From positions 1 through 64,000 of the forward strand of contig JAKLZA010000023.1 of NCBI GenBank assembly GCA_030704615.1: 64,000 bases of DNA, given 5' to 3'. The notes under the pieces are model-generated. The model did not search any database. It had not been told where the DNA came from and worked only from the letters and a program-made list of their open reading frames with translations. Position 1 is the first letter of the stretch. Every line of letters begins with the position of its first letter. The stretch is from Takakia lepidozioides. Its lineage: Eukaryota; Plantae; Bryophyta. The position numbers were made by a program, and so were the translations under genes. Below, piece after piece: positions 42,932-55,218 of this stretch.

Positions 42932-45900
42932 ATGGACGTGGAAGCAAAACCCGATGATATACTGATCACGGAAAGCCCGCTTATACGGCCTCTTCGACAA
43001 TGTTTGCAAACAGCAAAACCAGGACCCTTCAACAGGAAGGATCTCCATTGGAAGAGTGAGACGCAATATGGGTTTATGGGTGTGCGAGTGAATGTTGAAA
43101 AGGCCTGCATACCTTGGGATAGAGTTGGTGACTTCGTCCTGGGAGAGGAGAGTTTGGAGGACTACCCCACTCAGTTTTGGGTGAATGTCCATTCTAAAGT
43201 GGAACCCGGCTCGCGAAAAGCACCCAGAGCCAACACATTTCTGTCCAGTATTATGTGTGCACCATCCTCAGTCCTTTTGACGTTTCATTGCATGTCTGTT
43301 GCCATTTTTTGTTTCACGAGTTCTCTGATTTTATGCTTCCTCAAGTCGTTGGATATCGATTTTAGAATTTTCTGTCCAGGTATCAATGCTGCTACGGTCC
43401 TGATGACAAGCGCACCAACAAGGCAATAGTGGAGGATCCAAAACAGAAGCGTGGAGGACCTCTTGTGGGTGCTGGAACATCTTGCCCTCATAAAGGCCCA
43501 AGGAGAAAGAAGTCGGAGTATGGAGAGTCTTACAAACGTGGTTGCCAATGCTGTTTCAAGGTCCAGCAATGCTATCTCGCCCCTGACATCTGTGTCCTCA
43601 CGTACTACAACAACATGGAGCATACAGATGCGCAAGGGAAACCCTCGCATGGGAAGTCCGCAGAGTTCAGGAACACCCGCCACGCCTATGCACCACACAT
43701 TAGCGAGGAATTGAAAGCCTGGGTCGTCGAGTGTTTGTGCCGAGGCCTGTCGGTCGCCCAAATCATGATGGAGCATAAAGAGCACGTGATGAACAACACC
43801 GGCTTGGGCGATGCATGGACCCGATGATTTCTTGTTGGAGCAAGATGTTCGCAACCTTGCCGAGAAACGTGCGTGGCAAACCTTCAAAAAGCACGCCGAT
43901 GATGGAGAGTGTGCGCATGTGGAGAGACCAGAATCCTGCGTCCGTTTTTTTCTATCAAGAGGAGAAATTAGAGCCAACATTCGAGCATTTTGATGGAGAT
44001 TTGACATTCACTATTGGCATACAGACTCCGTGGCAGAAACGACGAATGCTGGAACTAGGACATGACCGTATCGTTGCATGTGATGCAACCTTTGGGACAA
44101 ATCATGACAAGGTACTATTCGAACGATTCCATGGACTTGTACGAGCATGATAGCATAGTACCATGCAACATTCACATAAAATTTGGTGTGCTGACCCTTT
44201 CTGTATGTTTTCATGTGTACGTTGCGGAAGACCGAGGGGCAGACCCATTGTGAACCGCTGCAGACCTCATCACTCTTATGAAGTCTTTCTCGTGCAGAAC
44301 TGAGCGGAATTTGCATGCTCTGACCATCTTACATTGTGCATTCCAACAGTTCCCATTGTACACGTTTGGTCTTCGACGAGTGGTTGAACGGTATACCAGT
44401 TGCCTATATCCTATCCGCGAGGAATCGGACAAGAGACCTGGTTCCGTGGATGAGAGCCTTGCGCGATTCACTCCTCGCAGATTTGCCGAGCTGGCGACCC
44501 AATGCCTTCATTGTGGACGATGCCGAAGCAGAAATCAACGCTATTCGGTAAGTCTGTTGGTCCACAGCACCGGTCCATTGTCGAGGTCCACTGCAGCAGT
44601 CCATTGCTACAGTCCACTGGCAGACTCTGTGGCGAAACCCGATGGCAGTTCGCTGGGCAAATCCACTGGTAGTCCGCTGTCAAGTCCGTCATCAGTCCCC
44701 TGGCAAGTCCGCTGGCAGTCCCCGCAAGTCCGCTCGGCAGTCCGCCAAAGCAGCAGTCCCTGGGTCGGCCGTCCGCTGCCAAGTCCACTCGGCAGTCCCG
44801 GCAGTCCCAATGGGGCAGTCCGCTGATGCAGTCCGCTGCCCCAGTCCTAGCTAGGGGAAGTCTGGGTAGTCCAATGGGGGGGTTTATTCCAAGCAGCCAC
44901 ATCAACGTCATGGATTGTACTGTCCACTGGGCGAGTCCAGTGGCTGCCCGCTGATACAGGTCGCTGTTACAGTCACACTCCAGCAAGTCCCCATTGCAGT
45001 CGATCCAAGACTCTAATGTGTACCATGTGTGTTGTGCAGAATTGTTTTTGAAGGAGTACTCATTTTCCTCTGCCTTTGGCATGTCCGCAAGGCATGGGTT
45101 GAAGCAATCATGCAAAAACGAAGGATCGGGACCGCTGTAAACTGTAAAGAAGGATATGGGAGACCTCATGTACTGTAGAGGGGGACCACGCAACGAGAAA
45201 AGAGCGCTTCGGTGGGTTGCAAGGAGAATCCGTCGTATGAGGTCAAAATACCGAAAAGGACATGAATTTTTTTGACTATATCGAACAGTACTGGAAGCCC
45301 AAAATAGCAATGTGGTGTACAGCAGCCCGCCATGTCCCTCATGCGAGCCAAGAACAAACGCAAGCATTGAGGCATACCATGGAAATCTGAAGGCAAGACT
45401 TGCCATAGGAAAGGCAAGATGAGTGGTCGTAGAGTGGACTGGCTTATATGGGAACTCACTGGCCGTGTGCTAACACACTACTGGTACGCAATCCATTTGA
45501 AGACCCACGGGTTCATAAGAAATGACAAACACGAAAAGTACATATCCAGTTCTATACTTGCGGCACGAGACATTCCTGCTGAGAGTGTTACTCTTCCCTT
45601 GGGTCCTGGTGAACCAGCCTACGTTCTCAGCAGCAACCACCCCGGCACACAACATACATTGTTTACAATCCTGATTGCGATTGGGGTTGTTGCACGTGCC
45701 CATGGGCAATGAAGGAAACTTATGCAAGCATCAGGTCCGTGTCCTGAAGATGCTTCACCCTGACCTGCAGGATGGCCTCTTGTGCGCTTGTGGCACGGCG
45801 CTGGAACCATTCATGGAGGATTACCTAACTTGCTCTTGGGCAATGGTGCCGGCGGCAACGACGAATCCAATCAGTTCATGGAAAGACATCCTCCGGATGC

Positions 45901-46333
45901 ACCTCTGGAGGTCTCAGCCTCAATGGAACAAGAATTCGCGGACATACTTCGCATTGTAGGTGATGACAAATACCTGGAGGCACATGCCCGATCTGCTCTT
46001 CATATGTGCAGAGGGCAGCTCGTTGATATCCTGGCGAAAAGTGCGGCTGGAATGTTGCACCCTGCGGCAGCGAAGGCTTTCCGTCCTCTGAACGACAACA
46101 ACAACATGTCTCTGAAAAGGAGACGAGATTTCGTGGAGGCCTGGAAAACCCGGCCTAGGGTTTTGCGGAGAACCAGCAAGAGGGTGTCTGCACCTGCACC
46201 TGCAGCACATATATACTCGAAAATTCGCAAGGTTTCAGGTCGTGTAGATGTCACGAAGAAGACAATAAAGTCTGCAATGCTCGAAAAGAGACAAGGTTTC
46301 ACGTCGTGTAGGTGTCACGAGAAGACAATATAA
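42932..46333 (+). CDS. MULE DDE transposase with SWIM finger, four exons (introns 43255-43379, 44112-44349, 44548-45039)
   Basis: YQCCYGPDD..KRGCQCCF..H; ACDATFGTN (D1); FIVDDAEAE (D2); CLWHVRKAW (CxxH); TNASIEAYHGNLK (E); CTC..LCKH (SWIM). Several indels. Confidence 0.9.
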
Positions 46334-46405
46334 GTCTGCAATTCCAAGAGACAAGGTTTCACGTCGTGTAGGTGTCACGAAGAAGACAATATAAGTCTGC
46401 AATTC
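46229..46405 (+). repeat. Three ~58-bp tandem repeats at the transposase 3' end
   Basis: AAGGTTTCA(G/C)GTCGTGTAG(A/G)TGTCACGA..AAGACAAT..AAGTCTGCAAT occurs three times. Confidence 0.9.
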
Positions 46406-46972
46406 CTCTGGTAGCATTGTCCCTTTCTGAAATACAAGTCCGCAATGGACTAATGCACAGTCTCCCACGGACTCACGCAGTCTCCCAACAGAGTCACAGT
46501 CAACAGACTGCGAGCGCCAGTAAGCCAGTCTGCTGGTCAGTCTGCTGCCCACTCCAAAAGTCTGCTCACCACACTTCCACCTCATCCCTGCAACTCTTCA
46601 GACTAAGTCTCAAGCAGACTCATCCACAACAACAGACTCAAAATGGACAGGCTCCAGTGGACTACCTCCCTAACGACTCATGCCAATCCAGCGTCCCAGC
46701 GGACTCATGGACATGGTGCCTACCAGACTAGGTACCAGACCCACCAGTCCTAGCCTCGGCAGCGTACTGCTCGCACATTCAAGCTCAGCAGACTCGGGTG
46801 CATAGTGCATGGAAAAATTGACACCATTGTGTCCATTGAGTTTAGTGACAACATTACAAAACATGCCAGCACCCACAAGTACACAAAAGTGCTCATCACC
46901 ACTGGAATAGTAAGCGAAAAGACTCGCATTTTTATTTCGGTACATAGACTTCACAGGACAAGTACATCATAC

Positions 46973-49900
46973 TCATGAGAGCAGTTTCTCTACATTGTCC
47001 AACCCCCGCACGATATACTGGGCACACTGCATTCGCTGCCCAAGTGCAAACTTGAAAGTAAACCAGTCCTTCGTGAAAGGTGTTCCTCTCTCTGGCTTTG
47101 CAGTCTTGGAGACATTTGCTCTGACTTTTACCCACTCATAAAACACTTGAATGAATGACATGACGTAAAAGCCACACTCCCAGCTGAATGGTTGCTGGGG
47201 CACATCAGGCGCGTGGAACTGAAATGCTTGGACAATCTCATGCCACTCTGGTGAGTCCATCGAGTACCCTAAGCACTCAGCATGAAGCTTCCGAATCCAC
47301 CCTAGAACAAAGGGACATTTATGCGAGTCCCTGATAGAGTTCAGGTGAGTGTAACAGCCCTTGCGGAGGTCGATGATACAAACACTCCAGTGCCCCCTGC
47401 AATGGTATCAAACAACATGGCGTCATTGCACACAATCATGATGGGCAGACTCAGCAGACTGACACTCAGCAGACCCACTCAGCAGACTCAATCTTCAAAC
47501 CCAGTCCACTGCACAAATACAGAGGTCAACTTAATCGCTCAGAGTCAAGACGACACTGAAACCAGACTATGACTCAGGAGACAGTCTCAGCAGACTCGGA
47601 AGAGTTCTTACTCGTCCCCAATTGGCACCAAAATGAAATCGCACTCTTTCAAGTCCTTGCCCAGTCGTTCAGTGCTGAGGCAACCTTTCAAGACCTCCAG
47701 AAGGCTTTCATGTTGCCCCACCCCCAATGACTTCAACACCGTCCACGTCGACGTTGGAAGAACAACAATAGTGTTGGTGAACGCAGCCTCAACCGACTTC
47801 TCATAGAATCGACACCACAGCTCAGGAGTCTATCTGTGCACTCCGACTCAACCTTCTGGAGCGCCTTTATGTCATCCGGCGACAGTCCGCATTCAAACCG
47901 TGGGTCCCCTTCAAAAAACATCAGCATGGAATTACCCGCCTTCACGTGCAGAGCATGTGCTTTGCCAAACCGAGCACCCATCCTGCACAGAGCAGACCAT
48001 CCTTCGGGAAGCCTCATGTACTGAACAGACTGACGTCAACATGGTACCAAACACTCTACAGGCTGAACAATTCATCAGACTGACAAGACTAACCACAACA
48101 GACAATGATGAAACCAGCAGCAGACTGACCAGCGTGCAGACTGACCACAACAGAGCGCAAAGCACTTAACGACAAAGACAGACGAGGAGACTGAGCACAG
48201 TACTCACCTGTGCTGCTCCAGGAAACGACCCACATCTTTGTCCATGTCCAAGGCCAGCTTGCGGTTCTTGTTCATAAAGACGCCAGACTTTTTCTTCGCC
48301 GGTCTCTTGGTACTCGGACCCTCCTCGACCTCCTCAGCATGGTCCACGACAGTCCGCTTCTTGGCTTTGCCTCTCCCCTGGGAAGCAGGGACAGCTGTAG
48401 GCGGGCTGGATAGAGCAGACAAACGCAGCGCTGCCGCCCTACTTCGCAACAGAGGCTGGTCAGCAGGTTTGTTTACACTTGCTGGACCTGTCTTTGCAGC
48501 TTCGTGGGTCGCATGCGTAGAACTGACCCGCGCATCGGGGGGCGTGCTCACCCCCACACCTTTTCTTGGTTGTCGATCCCACGTTTGCAGCATGGGCGGA
48601 AGATGTCATGTCCTCAGAAGTAGACAGTCTGCCGACGAGGGACGAACATCCTGTGAGGATACCGAGCAAAATGACGAATTAGCCCAATTTCACAATGTGC
48701 TAAAACATAAACAACAGTGCTGAAGAGGAAATGGACACAACCTGCCCAAGGGGTGAGGGAGCAGACTCCATGTAATCCAGCGCTATACCAGACGGTGTCT
48801 GCGCGCATGTGGTTCCTTGTCAGTGTGCCTGCCAGCATGTTCAGTCTGTTGCTCAATGTGGGCAGTCTGCTCGGCCGCCGGTTCTTCGTCAGTCCTTTCG
48901 TCTGTGAACTGTGCAGTCTGCTGGCAACTCTGCGGTTCAGTCTCTTCCTCAATGTGGGCAATGTGCTCGGTGGCAGGTTGGTCGTCAGTCAGTCCCCTCT
49001 GTGAAGTGTGCAGTGTGTGGTCAGGCCGTGCAGTCTGAACTGTGCAGTCAGAGCTGAGCTGTGCAGTCTGCCGCTCCGAGCCATCCTGGTCAGTCTTCCA
49101 TCTGTGACCTGTGCAGTCTGCTGGTTAGTCTGCGGTTCAGTCTGCTCATCAATGAAGACAGTATGCTGCCCCGCCACAGGTTGCTCGGCAGTCCTTCCAT
49201 GTGTCCACTGTTCAGTGTGCTGGTCAGTCTGGTGGACAGCCGGCTGGGTGTTCGGATCTCCATGGACTTGGGAAACATCAAGAACATGTATGGAAGACCC
49301 ACCGGCAATTGCTTCCTCAGACTCTTCTGTAAGATCTATGATACGGTTTTGCGTTCCCAGATTGAGTTCGGTCATCACGTAAGACTCATCTATGGCTTTC
49401 GCCACTGAGCGCACGAAAACGGGACTAAGCTGGAAGGTCATAGAAGGCAGGCCACGGGGAGCTGGATAAGAATGCTTTACCGGTGACCTGATGACGTCGT
49501 CAGTGAATGTGCCTGGGGGAAAAGTGGACTCGGTCAAAACACTCATACTGGCAGATCCAAAAACATGTTGTTGGGAACTCAGCAGAAATTCGTCCACAGG
49601 GTCCCGGTGAGGCCAGTGCATCCGAGTCTGTTGCACAATCAGGGAACAGACTGGCTGTTAGTCTCCTGGATAGTCTGCTCGGCCATCTGCTGAGTGGGTT
49701 CGCAGCACAGTCTGCTGAGGGGCGCTGGCAGTCTGCTGATGAGGGGCAATCTGCTGGCTGGATTCGTCGGCTGTACAGTTGCTGAGGGGCAGTCTGGTGG
49801 CCATGTTCGCTGGTCTGCTGCACAGTCGGCTGAGGGGCAGTCTGTTGGCCGGTCTCTGTCTCCGGTCTGCTGCAAAGTCTGCAAAGTTCGCTCCGCTCAG

Positions 49901-52684
49901 TACTGTTTACATACTGAGTATGTGTGTGCGGGGCAGTCTGCTGGGAGTGATCCGGCCTATTACCCGGGACGGTCTGGTGCACATGCTCGGTCTCCAGCAC
50001 TTGGGCAGTCTGCCCACATGTGTCGTGGGGAATATGTTGTTCGACATTCTTGTGGCCAGTCTGCTGGACAGTCTCCCGAACTCCTTGTAAAGCCAGGACA
50101 AGGTCCCTTGCACCTCTGGCAAAAGAGTCGAAAGCAGCCTGCACTTGCTTGTCTCCCAGATCAACTCGCCCTGCAACACATGTTTATGCAAATGTGAACT
50201 TGTAAAAAAGTTGGCAAAAGAAATTGAGCTGAAACACGAAAGTTGCCCATAACATTTTACCTTCCAAGAGATTTCCGACGAGGCCAATGTCCTTGATTTG
50301 CCGGCACAGGCATGCTCCATCGAGATGAGCAATGGCGCCGATGCGGTCTTCAGTTGGGATCCCACACCACAGGACTTTGAAGACATTGGGATTCTGCAAA
50401 ACAATGTCGAATACTGCTCGCTCCATCACCAATGCAAACCAGTGCAATGCGTCATCCACCACAAACTTCTGTGAATGGTCTGTTCCATGGAGTAAGTCCA
50501 TCCTCAAACTATGCAGATCCTTCATCAACTTGTTGTATGAGCGGAAATTGCCAAATTGCATCCATCTGTGTTGTAGGAAGGAAGCTGCCATGCGCTCAAA
50601 GTCCTCCTCAGTCAATCCGAACAAGTGCTTTCTTCGCACCCCAAAGGTTGGATGTGCCATAGGCATATGTCTGAGGTTCAGGGTCATCCATGAGAATCAG
50701 CTGCACAAGTAGAGGCGGCGCATTTTGGTCGCTTGTGGCTTCAATGGCAACAGCAGAGGCGGCTTCTAGAACATGGTTGGCTTCCTCAATAGAAAACTCC
50801 ATGGAATAATAAAAAGGGTACAAATGACCACCGGCGGTCCGCAACAATCCGGTGGAGCTCATTATGCCAATCCAAATGGGGATTAATTTCTCCACCCTAA
50901 GCCGGGGAAGTGTGAGGTCTTCAGCTCCGGGTCGAATTACCGGTGATGGCGATCGCCAAACTGCAAAAAAGCGTCGTGCTATGTGAGAGAAAGGCAGTCT
51001 GCTGGTCAGTCTGCTGGTCCGCAGTCTGTTGGATGACAGGACTTCCCATTGGCATGGGCTGCATGATGGGCTCCTGGAGAGGAGTCTGCAGGATGACAGG
51101 CTGCTCGTTGGGACTGCTCGTTGGAGTCTGCTGGATGACAGGCTGCTGAACGGGAGTCTGCTGGATGACGGCCTGCTGAATGGGAGTCTGCTGGATGGCA
51201 GACTCGGCTGTCCCAGACGCATCCCCCCCCCGACGCGTCTTGAATATGTAATGCCGCTATAGCAGCAGATGACCCAGGATACTTCAAATATGTACTCTCG
51301 CACGCGGTCCACTTCCGCACGCACTGCAGTCGCTTGTAAAGGAGCATCATTGCTAGGTATCCGCCAAGCCTGAATGGCCCTACGAATAGAAACACGTTCA
51401 TCCTGGTACACGGCAGAGAACTTGGACGTCAGGACATGGACGTGGACTCTATATTCACCTCATGCAGCGGACTGGACTCACAGACCAGCAGACTGTAACG
51501 TGCGTACGTAGGGTGGAGGCAACTAGTAGACTATACCAGTGGACTGGACAGCGGACTGACAAACGGACTCAGTAAGTAATGCAGCGATATAAAACAGACT
51601 AACTGACGAGCGGAGTGAGCCAGCGGACTGAGGAGAGAACGCAGCGGACTGACCAGACTGAATAGGCAACGTGACCCCGATGATGGACTCAAAAGCACAG
51701 AGAACAGACTGGGCGGTCAGACTGACCATTACCTCCTCTACTTCATCATCGTCATCTTCATCTTCAAAGCTGTTCAACCAGTTCTGTTCCGCCTGTCGGA
51801 ATGAATGTGCGTAGCAGACCTGACTGGGCAACTCTGTAGAAATAACGGAAGAAGTCTGGATCCCCAATTGGGGGCACTCTGGTGGGAAAAGCCCAAAGTC
51901 AACGAGGCGCAATGTGCCAGGGCAGACTGGCCCTTCAGTGCTCTGTTGAGTTTTTGGTTTTGACCCTAAACCGATGGCATGGGTCGCGATATTTGTGTGA
52001 GTCTGCTGCCGAGTCTGGTCAGGCAAGTCAATGTCCACTGGACTTGTCACCCCTTCCAGGCCCTGAGCAGATTCACTTTCAGTATCAGTACTGATGGGTG
52101 GGTCTGCGCCCAGGACGGGGTTCAGTCTGTTGCGTGGATTTTGCCCTTGCCTCGCGAGCAGACCTTGCAGCTTCTCCTTTTTTTGCCTCTCCTTTTTGGG
52201 CCCCATCACTCAGTTTACGTTTTCTGGGAGCGTCCGGCGTTCCCTGCACTTGCAAATCCTCCATTGACGGGCCACCACAATGGACGCCATACCGTGCGCG
52301 CACTTCGTCTAATTCCAAAGTGCGGGGTCAAGCACTGATCCGCGCAAGCGCATTGTGGCCTCTTTGACAATCGACATTTCTTTCAGTATCGGCCAAGGCT
52401 TGAAATCCCGTGGAATCATTGCAACAGTCTCCTTGCAACCCGTGTCAACACAATGCCGATTTAGTTGGATTTTGTCCTTGATAACCTCTTCACAGAAGGG
52501 ACAGAAGAGCTTGTCCTTCTGCCAATTCGAGTTTTTGGGCTTCCGGGCGCGGAGGTCTACAAATGCTTCCACTATTTATGATCAAACTCGTCTGGTGAGT
52601 ACCAGTACCTTCGCTCCTTCTTCAGTCTGGTTTGGTGCACAAAATCCACCAGTCCGCTCCACCCTTTTCACAAGCATCCTCCAT
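46973..52684 (-). CDS. MULE-borne multi-exon gene: N-terminal C2H2-like Zn finger, acidic tract, helical (DUF1985/PMD-like) region, low-complexity linker and C-terminal Ulp1/C48 peptidase
   Basis: LFCPFCEEVIKDKIQLNRHC; EDEDDDDEVEE; GKMLWATFVF. Splicing 47612 to about 47396 gives DFILVPIGDE|GHWSVCIIDLRKGCYTHLNS...VPQQPFSWECGFYVMSFI. Start is uncertain. Confidence 0.78.
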
Positions 52685-55218
52685 CGCTGCAGAATGAAAC
52701 GAAGGTGCAAGGACAATGAGAGCGACAGATAGAAGTCCTATGAAAAGACTCACCCTAAGCAAGAAGAGGACACAGAATGGAATGGAAACACCGCAGCAAG
52801 TGAGAACCTCACCGAGCGATGAACTTCGAGTTGTTACGAAGGCGAGTGTTTGCGACGCTTCGCGGCTCACCGCGACTCTCTCCACACCTGGGGAAGAACG
52901 GTCGTCTTTCGTTACGGTGATGGAAACGCAAAGAGGAAAACAAAACAGTGCAAAACAGTGCGAAGAAACAGGCGCGAAGAGAATGGAGTCGATCGCACAG
53001 GGAACATGAGAAGAAAGTAGAAGTAGAAGGGGGAAAGCGGGCATGGCACTGCCAACGTGCGCGATTTCACAGGCGCCAACTATCCGCCGTCATCGCATTG
53101 AATACGTCCACCGAACGAACGCATCGTACTAAATTCATCCACGGTCCTCGCAAGTGCAGCAGACTCATTTCCCATCGGGCCGAGAGTCCACCGGACCGCC
53201 AGTCCCGGACTATTCGCTTTGCTGAGGCGAAGCGGCTTCATATTGGAGGCACTTCCCTGCCAGCGGAATGAAGACAAAAGAGAGTAAGGGGAGAAAGGAA
53301 AGTCGAACACACCCATTGCGAACAGACTCGCGGCACAACAGACTGATGCATGCACAGTCCAACAGACTGATATCCATAGAGGAGAACTGTCCAGCAGACG
53401 GACGTTTCGGCAGACTGGCGGGAGAACAAGCCAAAAGACTGACCGGAGGGAAAATAAGAAGTCAAACAGACTTAGTGCAACAGACTTCCGACACAACAGA
53501 CTGACAAATTCACAAGTGCGACAGACTGATATCCAACAGACGGACTTCCAGCAGACCGCCTCCAAACTGACTGTTATGCACGCGATAAGGGAATATCCGG
53601 AGCACTGACGGGCCAGCGGACCCACTGTGAACAGACTCGCGACACAACGGACCTCAAACATCCACGCGCATTTGCAGATGCAATTGTCTCAGCCTGGTCC
53701 GTCTCCTGGCAAATGCGACAATGTACGATTCTGCACCTACTCCCGTCGTGGCTCAGACATCTGCATTCAGCAGGTGCGTGTGGATGTTTGAGGACCTTAC
53801 GACTGGATGGTGTTCCTTGACGACTCGAATTGCTTTTTTGTGCTGCCATCCCTTATATAATACCATGTGGATCCATCACAAAGCTGGGTTTCTTCAGATT
53901 CTCCACCCTTTTCCACAACTTATGCACGACGGATGCAAGCCGCTATACTTGGTCACATAAACAGTCCCATCGTCCGATACGAAATCTGCAATACACGCCC
54001 CCATGTGCATACGCTTCCACCATTTTCGCGCCCATGTTACCCATGGGTTCCTTTAACGAACTAAACTTGTGAAGGCTCTCATGAGGGATGCAGTATGAAG
54101 GGGCTAAACGTATCATGACGGATCACAAGCAGAGGACGTTATCGACGACAGATGTCCGCATTTTCCATATTTATGACATAGAACCAAACCATAAAACGAA
54201 GGTTCCCGAAAGCACAACAAGAAGGCAAAAATAGTGGAAGCATATGCACGATGGTGGCTGTAGTGCCAGACAGTCTTCTCATGTTCAAGCACACGCTTCA
54301 TCATCATCATGAACATCGCGCGCAAAAGAGGAACAGTCGCGTGTGGAAACGCCTACCGCAACATCGGACAACAAACAGCCGTCAAAAGAGAGCGCCATTT
54401 GGTGGGAAGATCATTGCCATTTTCGCAGCCCTAAAAATGGAGGGCTCGGATGGGTTATGGGAATGGACGGTGGCGATCCTGCGGACTGGATGGCGACTGG
54501 CTGACTGGACTACCGGACTGGCTGGCAGCTGCTAGGCAGCGGACTGGCCAGCAATGGACTGGCAGACTGGAGGGCCGCGGACTCATGGGCGGGGGAATTG
54601 GCCGCGCGGCGGCGGGGGCGCGGGCGCGATTGCTGCAGCCGCGCCGCGGCGCGGCTAGGCGATCGCGCGAAGCGGAGGGCGGGGTGCTGGGGAGCCGGGC
54701 GTCCGTGCGCGGGGCCCACCGGCCACATCGCACGTGCCCATTGAAGACCCTATTATCTTAAAATGAGAGGCTTTCTTGTGAGGGCTGACTTTGAATTAAT
54801 AAGCTATGGAGGACATTTTGCCCTCACCTCAAACACATACAAAAGACCCTAATAAAAGAAAAAGTTGTTTGATTTGAAACTTCCACAGTAGTTGGCTATG
54901 ACAACATACCACATTTCTATATGTGGGAGACAGGAGCAGGAAAAATCCACCCATTACCTAAATAGTTTGGTCAAAGTTCAAATTCTATACTTTACAAAAT
55001 CCCAAAAAACAAAACCCTCTCACTAAAACACTAAAATCTCTCATGATTTATAGTGAATGTTTCCACAATTTGATGAGTAGATGTATATGGTAGACAAGAT
55101 AAACTTGGTAAGGTTCATTTTTTTATGTATCAGGGTAGGTGTGTAGCCTCAGTTAACTAACTAGAGGTTACTTTTTTTAGGGATGAAATTTGGCCAATGG
55201 CGGGCCCTTAAGGGTTAA

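Larger units (their letters stand above)
42484..54771. mobile_element. Structurally complete Mutator-like element (MULE) with transposase and Ulp1-like gene
   Basis: Long GC-rich TIRs (42484-42788 and 54425-54771) starting GCCTCTCATTTTAAGATAATAGGG. Perfect 9-bp TSD TTTCTTGTG at 42475-42483 and 54772-54780. Confidence 0.95.
41930..55214. mobile_element. Non-autonomous piggyBac-like element (~1 kb of its own sequence) hosting a 12.3-kb MULE
   Basis: Perfect 13-bp TIR CCCTTAAGGGCCC; TTAA at 41926-41929 and 55215-55218. The paralogous empty site with a single TTAA is at 55467-55470. Confidence 0.82.

Noticed and set aside
42481-43110. GC-rich ORFs in the TIRs (also 54251-54761)
   Set aside because: They are mirror-image ORFs produced by the inverted repeats and low stop-codon frequency.
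46229-46405. Repeat arrays here and at 8685-8800, 14380-14560 and 55219-55660 as CRISPR arrays
   Set aside because: They are degenerate tandem repeats without unique spacers, there are no cas genes, and the context is eukaryotic.
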